A DNA stretch of 64,000 bases, taken from IMG/VR virus record IMGVR_UViG_3300030060_005326; one strand, 5' to 3'. Below, piece by piece: positions 44,533 through 55,700 of this stretch; within the stretch, counting starts at the first letter, position 1; each line of letters opens with the position of its first letter. Below the pieces are notes generated by a model that was given only the letters and a program-made list of their open reading frames with translations, had not been told where the DNA came from and ran no database searches. Position numbers and translations under genes: made by a program. Source of the stretch: an uncultured virus (IMG/VR IMGVR_UViG_3300030060_005326). Lineage: Duplodnaviria > Heunggongvirae > Uroviricota > Caudoviricetes.

Positions 44533-45714
44533 ATGAGTGAAGAAACTGCTGTAGAAGCAACCGACCCTGTAGATTCTCTGCCAGAGGAGCAGATGGATTT
44601 TAGCACGGCACTAGATGCCGCATTTGCCCAACTAGATAATCCTGACCCAGAACCAGAGCCAGAGGCGGAGCCAGAACAAGAGGCAGAAGAGACCCCTGAA
44701 GTAGAAGAGTCTAGTGAAGAGGAAGCAACGGAAGAAGTTGAAGAGACTACAGATGCTAAGGAGGAAGATAAGTCCTTTGACCCGACAGATGATCTTGATT
44801 CCGAAGTCGGGGATGACTGGACCCCGAAAGCTGCATCCCGATTCAAGAAGCTCAAAGCTGAGTTGAAAGCATCTACAGAGGAACTTGAGTCGCTGCGTCA
44901 GAAAATGGCGGAGAACGAGAGCAAAGTAAAAGAGCTAAGTGGGGAGGTAGAGTCTACTGATATTGAGAGTTTGCAGAAAAAGTTGGCTGAGTATGAGCAG
45001 GAGAAAATGTTCACGGACCTTGAGGCTACAGAAGCTTACAAGGTAGCTGTTACTGAGCCATTGGATAATCTTATCGATACTACTCGTCAGATTGCGGAGA
45101 AGTATGGGGTTGATGCAGATGATTTGGTGGATGCTCTAGCTATTCAAGAACCTACTGAACAGGACGAGAAAATCTCTGATCTTTTGATTGAAGCTACTGA
45201 TAGGGATAAAGCTAGAATTTACAGAGTCATTGAAGACGTAGTCCCGATTCTTGAGAAAAGGGCCGCGATGATGGAGAACTCTTCGGAAGCTTTGAATGAA
45301 GCAAAAGCTGCTAAGGAGAGAGAAGTGGAGGTTCAAGCTGCTGAAAGAGCTAAGGAAAGACAAAATGCTGCACGGAATGTGGTATCTAGAGTTCAAAAGA
45401 AGCTACCTTTCCTTAGCGGGATAGACGGATTAGATATGGGAGCTATTGAGAAAAAAGCTGCGGAAGTAGACCCGTCAGTTATCCATCCTGTTGATTACAC
45501 TTATAATTCTGTTAGTGCCCAACTTTTACCTGCTATCATAAAAGAATATGTAGGCATGAGAAAAGAGAACGAGGTCCTTACAGATAGACTAGCTGAATAC
45601 GAAGGTGCAGAACCTAATATGTCTGGGTCTACCCCCAACACGACCCCAGCAGAGGATAAGAGGTCGTTTGAGGAGCGTATTGAGGCAGCATTTGCGACCG
45701 CTGCTAGCGGATAG
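44533..45714 (+). CDS. capsid scaffolding protein
   Basis: Very acidic N-terminus (EPEPEAEPEQ), coiled-coil body, immediately before major capsid gene. Confidence 0.75.
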   Translation: MSEETAVEATDPVDSLPEEQMDFSTALDAAFAQLDNPDPEPEPEAEPEQEAEETPEVEESSEEEATEEVEETTDAKEEDKSFDPTDDLDSEVGDDWTPKAASRFKKLKAELKASTEELESLRQKMAENESKVKELSGEVESTDIESLQKKLAEYEQEKMFTDLEATEAYKVAVTEPLDNLIDTTRQIAEKYGVDADDLVDALAIQEPTEQDEKISDLLIEATDRDKARIYRVIEDVVPILEKRAAMMENSSEALNEAKAAKEREVEVQAAERAKERQNAARNVVSRVQKKLPFLSGIDGLDMGAIEKKAAEVDPSVIHPVDYTYNSVSAQLLPAIIKEYVGMRKENEVLTDRLAEYEGAEPNMSGSTPNTTPAEDKRSFEERIEAAFATAASG

Positions 45715-45723
45715 AATGTTGCA

Positions 45724-45752
45724 TTGACAACTAGCTATAATTAAATTACTCT
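45724..45752 (+). promoter_or_regulatory. promoter TTGACA-17-TACTCT for major capsid gene
   Basis: Consensus -35; predicts a ~195-nt 5' leader before ATG 45955. Confidence 0.7.
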
Positions 45753-45755
45753 AAG

Positions 45756-45923
45756 TTTATAGATCCAGTTTGGTTGCTCTAGCCACAAATAGTTCTACAG
45801 AACTTGGTCTATAAAGACAGAGCTGTGTCTCGTCGAACAGTCCGTTAGGTTGCTCTAACCTTTAACTAGTTCTATCGCGGTCTGCATCAGATAATTTCGC
45901 AAGTCCCACTTTTTCGGGGGCTT
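45756..45923 (+). ncRNA. candidate structured cis-regulatory RNA (tandem motif plus downstream hairpin) in capsid leader
   Basis: Two units of outer stem + hairpin with GCUCU loop + UAGUUCUA, with compensatory changes (UGGUU/AGCCA vs AGGUU/AACCU). Confidence 0.6.
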
Positions 45924-45954
45924 ATTTCAATTAACACAATTACTATTATTTATT

Positions 45955-47277
45955 ATGGCTAGAGATATGGGAGCAAGTGACTTCACTACAGGAAGCACCA
46001 CTGCAATTAATACAATCCTCGCAGAGGAAGCAAACCGCATTGGAGCTGATGTTCATCAGCGCATGATGCATACTTCCCCTTGGATTGACCTTGTTAAAAA
46101 ATCCGCCTTCCCTGAAGGAATGGGTTATCAACTAAACACACTCATTTATGACCGCAGTCTTCCGACTTCGGACGTTAATGGTGATAATGTCGGACTTAGC
46201 TGGAATAGCGTAGCCGCACTACAGACAGGTTCTAATACCTTCAGCACTTCTGCGTTGGATCAGCCTTTGGTTGATACTGCTGACAATGTGCAGGGAGCTA
46301 ACGGATCTGGAAGTGACGCACGTAACTACGTTAACTTCGGTAAGCAGATCAAGAAATACAGCATTGAGCGTGCGATCATTGAGTCTCCACGCATCAATGT
46401 TGATGACTTGCGTTATGCAGCTCATCGTCAGGAGCAGCTTCGTGCTGTCCTTGATGCACTCGCAGAATCTACCCGCCACTCATGGGCTGAGAGATACCGC
46501 GACGAGTATGACCGTCTTGTAGACAACACTGTTATTTGTCGTGCTGACGCGACTAAGACACAGTTCCTTACTGATAACGAGGGAGTAACTACTGATGCAC
46601 TTGGTGCAGCAGGTGGTGATCTTGATGGTGGTTCCGCCACCAAAGTTAAGAACCAGATTTCAAATGCTGTTCTTGATAAGATCTACTTCCAGATGATTCG
46701 TAAGGGAGCATCTAACGATGCTTATGGTCGTGAGAATGGTCGCCCAGTGTTCGCACTTGTTTGCTCTTCTGAGGCATCCAACACTATCATCAAAGAGTCT
46801 GGGTTCCGTGATGACATTCGTTACAACAACGCAATGGTCGGAGAGCTTGTTAAGCCACTTGGTGTTGAGCGTTCGTTCCGTGGGTTCTACCACTTGATCG
46901 ACGATCTTGCACCTCGTTACACTGACGGTTCTGACGGAGCTATTACTCGTGTTGAGCCTTACACTGTTACTAACGGAATCGCTTCTGTTAACAGTTCTTA
47001 TGACAGTGCTGAGTATGAGGTCGCTTACGTTCTTCACCCATCCGTGTATGAGTCCCAGATTCCTGCACCGTTCGGTGGTTCTAACGGATTGACCTTCAAC
47101 CCAGTCGATTATTCTGGCGAGTTCAAATGGACGAACATCTTATCTGAATCAACGAATCCAGATGGGACAATCGGTTTCTTCCGTGGAATCCTCGCTGCTG
47201 CTTCCAAGCCAATTAAGACGGATCTTGGATACGCAGTTATCTTCAAGCGTGATGACACTACTGCGTCTCTCGTTTAA
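45955..47277 (+). CDS. major capsid protein
   Basis: 440 aa after scaffold; strongly biased codons (CGT, GGT, TTC); own promoter and terminator. Confidence 0.8.
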   Translation: MARDMGASDFTTGSTTAINTILAEEANRIGADVHQRMMHTSPWIDLVKKSAFPEGMGYQLNTLIYDRSLPTSDVNGDNVGLSWNSVAALQTGSNTFSTSALDQPLVDTADNVQGANGSGSDARNYVNFGKQIKKYSIERAIIESPRINVDDLRYAAHRQEQLRAVLDALAESTRHSWAERYRDEYDRLVDNTVICRADATKTQFLTDNEGVTTDALGAAGGDLDGGSATKVKNQISNAVLDKIYFQMIRKGASNDAYGRENGRPVFALVCSSEASNTIIKESGFRDDIRYNNAMVGELVKPLGVERSFRGFYHLIDDLAPRYTDGSDGAITRVEPYTVTNGIASVNSSYDSAEYEVAYVLHPSVYESQIPAPFGGSNGLTFNPVDYSGEFKWTNILSESTNPDGTIGFFRGILAAASKPIKTDLGYAVIFKRDDTTASLV

Positions 47278-47299
47278 TTAATCACACAGGCAACCAATT

Positions 47300-47341
47300 A
47301 GCGGGGGTAGCGGTCTACGGATCTCTGCCCCCGCTTTACTT
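47300..47341 (+). terminator. intrinsic terminator after capsid gene
   Basis: AGCGGGGGTAG.GGTC-TACG-GATC.CTGCCCCCGCT then TTACTT; C(UACG)G tetraloop. Confidence 0.8.
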
Positions 47342-47350
47342 ACTGAAAAA

Positions 47351-47815
47351 ATGGCTAATATAGATGAGCTTGAAGCACAAGTGGATGAGGCAAAAAAGCG
47401 TCTTGCAGAGATGGAAGGCGAACTACAAAGCGCCAAAGATGGCGAAGAAACAGTTATGGAAGATCAAGAACAAGATGCTCCAAGAGAAGAAGAAGTTCCT
47501 GATGCCCCCGAAGAACAATCGTTTGCAGACAGAGTAGAGGAAAGAATGAGTCCTGCGGAGGAAGTAAGAGAAGAAGAAGTTACTCCGCAAATGGACCGAG
47601 CAATGGCTGATGAATCAGATGAAGCACCTCGTATTAATTTCGATAAACTATACAGTCTTGTATACGACGAAGTTTATGACGCTTCAGATGCTAAAGCAGA
47701 AGGAAGAATGCGAATGATAAAGGAAGCCGTGAACGACCCTCAAGTCAGGGAAATGGCAGAAAACGAACCAGAGAAGTTCGCTTTGTTTATGTATGGCAAA
47801 ACCTCTGTCTCTTAG
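47351..47815 (+). CDS. acidic hypothetical protein
   Basis: 154 aa; Glu-rich. Confidence 0.7.
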   Translation: MANIDELEAQVDEAKKRLAEMEGELQSAKDGEETVMEDQEQDAPREEEVPDAPEEQSFADRVEERMSPAEEVREEEVTPQMDRAMADESDEAPRINFDKLYSLVYDEVYDASDAKAEGRMRMIKEAVNDPQVREMAENEPEKFALFMYGKTSVS

Positions 47816-48573
47816 AGAGAAAGATTTAACTGCTTTTCACCATTTTCATCCAAGCCAGCTACGCCCTGTTGAATAGAATGGGCTAGCTGTCCTTGGAAAC
47901 TGTGTATTCCAAAGTGGGTTAATGCTGCGTAAGCATCGCAGTAAATATCCCCACCTATATTCGTCCACCTTTTGCAGAACGATATATCTTCACCTAAAGC
48001 CCCTTGTTCTGGGTCTGTAATACAGTCGAAGTAAGTAGTGTAGTTGTCAGTTTTTTGTGCTTCACCATTTTGTAAGTGAAACATCTTGGTTGTGCATTCT
48101 GGGTATGCTTCTCCCATTTTTGAAAACAAAGATCTGTCGAGCATCATAAATCCTGCTGGTCCTGATTCGACTTTCAGAAAACCATCTTCATCGACTTTTT
48201 GATCTGTTTCCTGAAAAGATAAAATAAATTTGGATTCATTAACATTATTTAAACTTTTGGTGACGTATGGAGCTAAAGCAAACTCCACATCTTTTCTAAG
48301 AAGTCTCCATACATTCTCTGCATTAAAGCCGATATCGGCATCAATAAACAAAAGTTTAGTGCAATCAGAGTCTAGAAATTTTCGCACACATTCGTTCCTA
48401 GCGTAGCTAATCAAAGCTCCCCCTGCATGGATGTGAAAGTTAAGTGAATAGCTTAAATCTTCGGGGGCTTTAGCTCCAATAAACGATAGAAGACCGTTCA
48501 CATAATTAATGTAGGTTTGATACCCAAACGCTGGGGTAGCAATAAATATCTTGTGGTGTTTTATCTCTTCCAT
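47812..48573 (-). CDS. glycosyltransferase-like protein (GT-A fold)
   Basis: IFIATP, ISYARN, LLFIDADIGF (DxD), GPAGFMML, GEDISFC, LTHFG; start MEEIK at 48573 probable (48612 alternative). Confidence 0.8.
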   Translation of the reverse strand: MEEIKHHKIFIATPAFGYQTYINYVNGLLSFIGAKAPEDLSYSLNFHIHAGGALISYARNECVRKFLDSDCTKLLFIDADIGFNAENVWRLLRKDVEFALAPYVTKSLNNVNESKFILSFQETDQKVDEDGFLKVESGPAGFMMLDRSLFSKMGEAYPECTTKMFHLQNGEAQKTDNYTTYFDCITDPEQGALGEDISFCKRWTNIGGDIYCDAYAALTHFGIHSFQGQLAHSIQQGVAGLDENGEKQLNLSL

Positions 48574-48644
48574 TGAAAGACAGTCTGCTACTTTTTTCTT
48601 CAAGTCAAACAAAACAGGACTCCTTTTACCTTCCTTACCTAGGC

Positions 48645-48673
48645 TTGTAATTTGGTTGACATAAGGGTATGTT
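48645..48673 (+). promoter_or_regulatory. promoter TTGTAA-17-TATGTT (leaderless)
   Basis: ATG 48679 is 5 nt after the -10 hexamer. Confidence 0.55.
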
Positions 48674-48678
48674 TAGTA

Positions 48679-49311
48679 ATGCCTACTTCTGTAAATGGGA
48701 CTATTCGTCTCTCCTATGGGAATCATGTTCACAACGAAACATTCGATTCTACAACAAACGCATACACCTTTACTAATCAGACCCAGCAGTATTCAGCGGG
48801 GGGTTCTCGTGCCGTTTATAGTGCCTCCACTGGAGTGACTATAGATGCAGGGACAATAGATTCAGCCGAGGGGTTACTTCTGATTAAAAATGTAAATACT
48901 GACGGACCACTACTCGTGAGTATGGACGCAGGGTCTAATTGGGACATAAAGATCCCAGCAGGGTTTGCGAACCTTATTTCTGTAGGTCCAGATCATGCTG
49001 TTCACGTTAAAACTGATGTAGCTAATGCTGATGTAGGAGTAGCTTCTGTAGCTACTAGTGGAGCTATAGTATTTGATACAAACATTTCTTTTGCTGGGAC
49101 TTACTTAATGAATGCTAAAACCAGCCCTGACCACACAAGCGGACCCGCCTACATTTTAAAAGTATCTGCAAATACTACCACAAACGGGACTGTCTATGAA
49201 TTAGACGGGACAACTACAAAAGATTTATCTACTGGGTCAGTTTACACTGGGAGCACGACTGTGACGATCCAGAACATTGCTGACTACAGATTCACATTAA
49301 CCGAGGCATAA
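48679..49311 (+). CDS. putative virion structural protein
   Basis: Thr/Ser/Gly-rich and beta-rich; start MPTSVN at 48679. Confidence 0.65.
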   Translation: MPTSVNGTIRLSYGNHVHNETFDSTTNAYTFTNQTQQYSAGGSRAVYSASTGVTIDAGTIDSAEGLLLIKNVNTDGPLLVSMDAGSNWDIKIPAGFANLISVGPDHAVHVKTDVANADVGVASVATSGAIVFDTNISFAGTYLMNAKTSPDHTSGPAYILKVSANTTTNGTVYELDGTTTKDLSTGSVYTGSTTVTIQNIADYRFTLTEA

Positions 49312-49312
49312 G

Positions 49313-49750
49313 ATGGCGAATATTCAACTACAACGAGGACAACAACAGGCAATTGAAGTTACGTTCAAATTGGCGAATGGCAATATTCCTAACTTCAATT
49401 CTGTAGATAATAATAACAACAGTGCGGGAACTTTTGATGCCGAGTTAGTTCTAAGGAAGAAGAGAGGAGATAATTTTCAAGGACAGATTATTGATATTCT
49501 TAGACATGGAGCAACAGCAGGGACACCAGTTTCTGAAGCAGATGGTCGCATAGATTTTATTGGGACTGGCGGATCAGCTTCCCAATCAGTTAGTGGACAT
49601 AACATTGTTCTTAACTGGAACACTGCTCAAGCAACTCTCTTACCTAACGAAGCTGTAACTGTTTTTGGAGATCTCAAAGTGACAAAGTCATCTGAAGTTG
49701 TGCATCACATACGACTAGCATTTGATATTTTACCCGAAATTACAGCATAA
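49313..49750 (+). CDS. putative fibre-attachment protein (BppU N-terminal-like)
   Basis: IQLQRGQ..IEVTFK...AELVLRK...GRIDF...IVLNWNTAQAT...FGDLKV; TAATG-coupled to the fibre gene. Confidence 0.5.
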   Translation: MANIQLQRGQQQAIEVTFKLANGNIPNFNSVDNNNNSAGTFDAELVLRKKRGDNFQGQIIDILRHGATAGTPVSEADGRIDFIGTGGSASQSVSGHNIVLNWNTAQATLLPNEAVTVFGDLKVTKSSEVVHHIRLAFDILPEITA

Positions 49751-52700
49751 TGGCTAACGAAACAGTAACAGTAAATCAGTCCACTAACTCTGTAACAGTA
49801 ACCCAATCGACAAATAACGCTTCGGTTGTTGCTGTTAACCCAAGAGCTGGACTGGGGTCAGGTGGAACTGTCCAAGGAAACTTAGACATAACACAAAATC
49901 TAGACGTTGACGGAACTCTAGAAACTGATGCCTTAACCATTAATGGTGTTTCCATTACGGAAACAATTCAAGATGTCGTAGGTGCGATGGTCGGTAGTAA
50001 TACCGAAACAGGAATAGCTGTATCTTACGATGATTCTGATGGGACGTTAGATTTTGTAGTTTCCTCGCAGACAGATAACAATTTCACAAACGCATTAAAA
50101 TCTAAGCTAGATGCCTTAGACGCAAATGCGGCCGATGATCAAACCGCAGCAGAAATCAGAGCACTTGTAGAGTCCGCGACTGATTCGAATGTCTTTACAG
50201 ACGCAGATCATTCAAAACTTAACGCAATCGAAGCTAGTGCTGATGTAACCGATACAACAAATGTTGTAGCTGCCCTTACTGCGGGGACAAACATTTCAAT
50301 TGCTGCTGACGGAACTATCACCGCTACAGATACGAACACACAGCTTTCGAGCGAGCAAGTTCAAGACATTATTGGGGCAATGCTTTCAGGTAATACTGTA
50401 AGCGGGATTACAGTTACTTATCAAGATGCTGACGGGACAATTGATTTTGCTGTATCTTCTCAGACTGAAAATGATTTTACCACTACACTTAAAAACAAGT
50501 TAGATGGAATAGAAGCGGGTGCTACTGCTGATCAAACAGCATCTGAGATTAGAACTCTTGTAGAGTCCGCAACTGATTCGAATGTTTTTACAGATGCAGA
50601 TCACTCGAAACTAAACGCGATTGAAGCTAGTGCGGATGTTACCGACACGGCAAATGTTGTAGCGGCGCTTACTGCGGGGACGAATATTTCGATAGCTGCT
50701 GACGGAACTATCACTTCCACAGATACGAACACGCAACTTTCTAGCGAGCAAGTTCAAGACATTGTGGGCGCGATGGTTGCAAGTAATACCGAGAGTGGGA
50801 TTACTGTAGAGTATCAAGACAATGATGGGACTCTTGATTTCACTGTAGCTTCTCAAACGGATGAAAATTTTACAACTGCCGATCACTCCAAACTAGATGG
50901 GATATCCGCTGGTGCAGATGTAACTCCTTCTTGGGTACCTAGCTCAGATCCTAGTTATGCTACTCAGAGTTACGTAACTACTCAAATAGCTAATATAGTT
51001 GACTCTGCCCCCGCAGCTTTAGACACGCTAAACGAATTAGCTGCTGCGTTAGGTGATGATGCAAACTTTTCTACAACAGTAACTAATAGTATTGCAACTA
51101 AACTCCCTCTATCGGGGGGAACGATGACTGGCAATATTGTTATGTCAGGCACGGAGACTGTCGATGGTAGGGATCTTTCTGTAGATGGGGCTAAATTAGA
51201 TGGGATAGAAGCTAGTGCTACAGCAGACCAAACTGCTGCTGAGATTCGCACACTTGTTGAATCTGCTTCTGATTCAAACGTATTTACAGACGCTGATCAC
51301 TCTAAGCTAAACGCGATTGAAGCTAGTGCAGATGTAACCGATACAACAAATGTTGTAGCTGCACTTAGTGCGGGAACGAATATTTCAATCTCTGCTGGTG
51401 GAACTATTTCATCTACAGATACGAATACCCAACTTTCGGACGAGCAAGTTCAAGACATCGTAGGCGCGATGGTCGCAAGTAATACCGAGAGTGGTATTAC
51501 AGTTACCTACCAAGATGCTGACGGGACTCTCGACTTCAGTGTTGCTTCTCAAACAGATGAAAACTTTACAACTGCTGACCACGATAAGTTAGATGGCATA
51601 GAAGCGGGTGCTACAGCAGACCAAACTGCTGCTGAGATTCGCACACTTGTTGAATCTGCTTCTGATTCAAACGNNNNNNNNNNATGTAACCGACACAACA
51701 AATGTTGTAGCTGCACTTAGTGCGGGAACGAATATCTCAATCTCTGCTGGTGGAACTATTTCATCTACAGATACGAACACTCAGCTTTCAGACGAGCAAG
51801 TTCAAGACATCGTAGGTGCGATGGTCGCAAGTAATACCGAGAGTGGGATTACTGTTTCTTACGATGACACGGATGGGACGCTCGACTTTACTGTCGCTTC
51901 TCAAACGGATGAAAACTTTACAACTGCTGATCATAACAAACTAGATGCTATTGAGGCTGGGGCTACAGCAGATCAAACCGCAGCAGAGATAAGAACCCTT
52001 ATTGGGGACGCAACCGATTCGAATGTATTTACAGATGCCGACCACTCTAAGCTAGATGGCATAGCTGCTAACGCAGATGTTACTCTCAGTAAAATTTCTG
52101 CTGGGTCAAATATATCTATTTCCGCTGGTGGAACTATTTCTGCCACAGATACGAACACTCAGCTTTCAGACGAGCAAGTCCAAGACATCGTGGGCGCGAT
52201 GGTCGCAAGTAATACCGAGAGTGGGATTACTGTTTCTTACGATGACTCTGATGGGACTCTCGACTTCAGTGTTGCTTCTCAAACAGATGAAAACTTTACA
52301 ACTGCTGATCACGATAAGTTAGATGGCATAGAAGCTAATGCTACAGCAGACCAAACTGCTTCTGAGATTAGAACGCTCGTAGAATCTGCTTCCGACTCAA
52401 ATGTCTTTACAGATGCAGATCACTCGAAACTAAACGCGATTGAAGCTAGTGCTGATGTAACCGACACAACAAATGTTGTAGCTGCACTTAGTGCGGGAAC
52501 GAATATTTCAATCTCCGCAGGTGGAACTATATCCGCTACAGACACGAACACTCAGCTTTCTAGCGAGCAAGTTCAAGACATTGTGGGCGCGATGGTTGCA
52601 AGTAATACCGAGAGTGGAATTACTGTTTCTTACGATGACACTGACGGGACTCTCGACTTTAGTGTTGCTTCTCAAACAGATGAAAACTTTACAACTGCCG

Positions 52701-55700
52701 ATCACTCTAAGTTGGATGGCATTTCTGCGGGAGCAGATGTTACACCGTCTTGGGTTCCTAGTTCTGATCCTAGTTATGCAACTCAAAGTTATGTAACTAC
52801 CCAGATAGCTAATGTGGTTGATTCAGCACCCGCCGCACTAGATACGCTAAATGAATTAGCGGCAGCTTTAGGGGATGACGCAAACTTTTCTACCACTGTA
52901 ACAAACAGTATAGCAGCAAAGCTACCTTTGTCTGGTGGCACGATGACTGGCAACATTGTAATGTCAGGCACGGAGACAGTTGACGGAAGAGATCTTTCTG
53001 TCGATGGAGCGAAGCTCGACGGAATCGAAGCTAGTGCTGATGTAACCGATACAACAAATGTTGTAGCTGCACTTAGTGCGGGAACGAATATCTCAATCTC
53101 CGCAGGTGGAACTATCTCCGCTACAGACACGAACACTCAGCTTTCGGACGAGCAGGTCCAAGACATCGTAGGTGCGATGGTAGCTAGTAACTCCGAGAGT
53201 GGTATTACAGTTACTTACCAAGATGGCGATGGGACTCTCGACTTTACTGTCGCTTCTCAAACGGATGAAAACTTTACAACTGCTGATCATTCTAAACTAG
53301 ACGGTATAGAAGCTGGAGCTACTGCTGATCAAACTGCTTCTGAGATTAGAACTCTCGTAGAATCTGCTTCTGACTCGAATGTCTTTACCGATGCTGATCA
53401 CTCGAAACTAAACGCGATTGAAGCTAGTGCTGATGTAACTGATACGACAAATGTTGTAGCAGCACTTAGTGCGGGAACGAATATCTCAATCTCTGCTGGT
53501 GGAACTATTTCATCTACAGATACGAACACACAGCTTTCAGACGAGCAAGTTCAAGACATCGTAGGTGCGATGGTAGCTAGTAACTCTGAGAGTGGGATTA
53601 CAGTTACTTACCAAGATGCTGACGGGACTCTCGACTTCAGTGTCGCTTCTCAAACAGATGAAAACTTTACAACTGCTGATCATTCTAAACTAGACGGTAT
53701 AGAAGCTGGAGCTACCGCAGACCAATCAGCTAGTGAGATTCGCACACTTGTTGAATCTGCTTCTGATTCGAATGTCTTTACCGATGCTGATCACTCTAAG
53801 CTAAACGCGATTGAAGCTAGTGCTGATGTAACTGATACGACAAATGTTGTAGCTGCCCTTACTGCGGGAACGAATATCTCAATATCCGCAGGAGGAACTA
53901 TCACCGCTACTGATACGAATACCCAACTTTCGGACGAGCAGGTTCAAGACATCGTAGGTGCGATGGTAGCTAGTAACTCTGAGAGTGGGATTACCGTTAC
54001 TTACCAAGATGGAGATGGGACTCTCGATTTCAGTGTTGCTTCGCAGACTGACAATAACTTTACCAATGCTGACCACTCTAAGTTAGACGGTATAGAAGCT
54101 AGTGCCGATGTTACTGACGCTACCAACGTAGCTGCCGCTGGAGCGTTGATGCTAAATACTGGTGGGGACATTGTCGGAGATGTGGACATAGATGGAGAGT
54201 TCTCTATTGATGGGACTCACAAAGCTACGTTCGGTCAGGGGCATAGTATTGCGGCAAATGGTAGTCAGCTAAACATTATCGGATTTGATAATAGCACTAA
54301 AATAAACCTGATTACTCAGGGGAGTGCGGGAGGAAAAGCAGTAAACTTTCAGACGGGATCTCACTCTAGTAGTTTCGCCACCGTTGCCTCAATAGACGAT
54401 TCTGGAAACTTTACGTTAGACGGAACTGTAGATGGCAGGGACGTAGCCGCTGACGGAACTAAACTCGACGGTATCGAAGCTAGTGCTGATGTAACCGACA
54501 CAACAAATGTTGTAGCTGCACTTAGTGCGGGAACGAATATCTCAATCTCCGCAGGGGGAACCATATCCGCTACAGATACGAACACACAGCTTTCAGACGA
54601 GCAAGTTCAAGACATCGTAGGCGCGATGGTAGCTAGTAACTCTGAGAGTGGGATTACAGTTACTTACCAAGATGGAGACGGGACTCTCGACTTCAGTGTT
54701 GCTTCCCAGACTGACAACAATTTTACAAATGCCGATCACTCTAAGTTGGATGGCATTTCCGCTGGTGCAGATGTAACTCCTTCTTGGGTTCCGTCCAGCG
54801 ATCCTAGCTACGCTACTCAATCATACGTTGGGACGCAAATTAGCAACTTAGTTGATTCTGCTCCTGCTGCTCTTGATACACTCAATGAGTTAGCAGCAGC
54901 TTTGGGAGATGACGCTAACTTCTCAACTACAATCACCAACAGCATTGCTACCAAGCTGCCTCTGGCTGGTGGAACCATGTCAGGAAACCTTGATATGGAC
55001 GGCAACTGGGTAACAAATGTCGCTCGTCTTCAAGGAAACGAGAATCTATTCATAAACGCAGGTAACGGGGAGATTGGGATCTATATCGATCAAGATGAGC
55101 AAGTAGCTCTATACTATAATGGAGTGAAGAAATTCGAGACCGCTTCAAACGGAATCGATGTAGCGGGTTCTATAACTATTTCTGGAACCGTTGACGGCAG
55201 GGACGTAGCCACTGACGGAACCAAACTAGACGGCATTGAATCTAGTGCTGATGTAACTGACACGACAAATGTTGTAGCTGCCCTAACTGCTGGCACGAAT
55301 ATCTCAATCTCTGCGGGTGGAACTATTTCAGCTACAGATACGAATACACAGCTTTCTAACGAGCAAGTCCAAGACATCGTAGGTGCGATGGTAGCTAGTA
55401 ACTCCGAGAGTGGAATTACTGTTACTTACCAAGATGGAGATGGGACTCTCGACTTCAGTGTCGCTTCTCAAACAGATGAAAACTTTACAACTGCTGATCA
55501 CTCTAAGCTAGATGGTATTGAAGCCAGTGCTGATGTAACTGATACGGCAAATGTTGTAGCTGCACTTAGTGCGGGGTCGAATATCTCAATCTCTGCTGGT
55601 GGAACTATATCCGCTACAGATACGAACACTCAACTTTCGAACGAGCAAGTCCAAGATATCGTGGGTAACATGGTATCGAGTAACTCTGAGAGTGGAATTA

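Noticed and set aside
51608..51720. Apparent programmed frameshift or two separate fibre genes
   Set aside because: The frame break coincides with a 10-N scaffold gap; inserting the 51 nt from a sister repeat restores one frame
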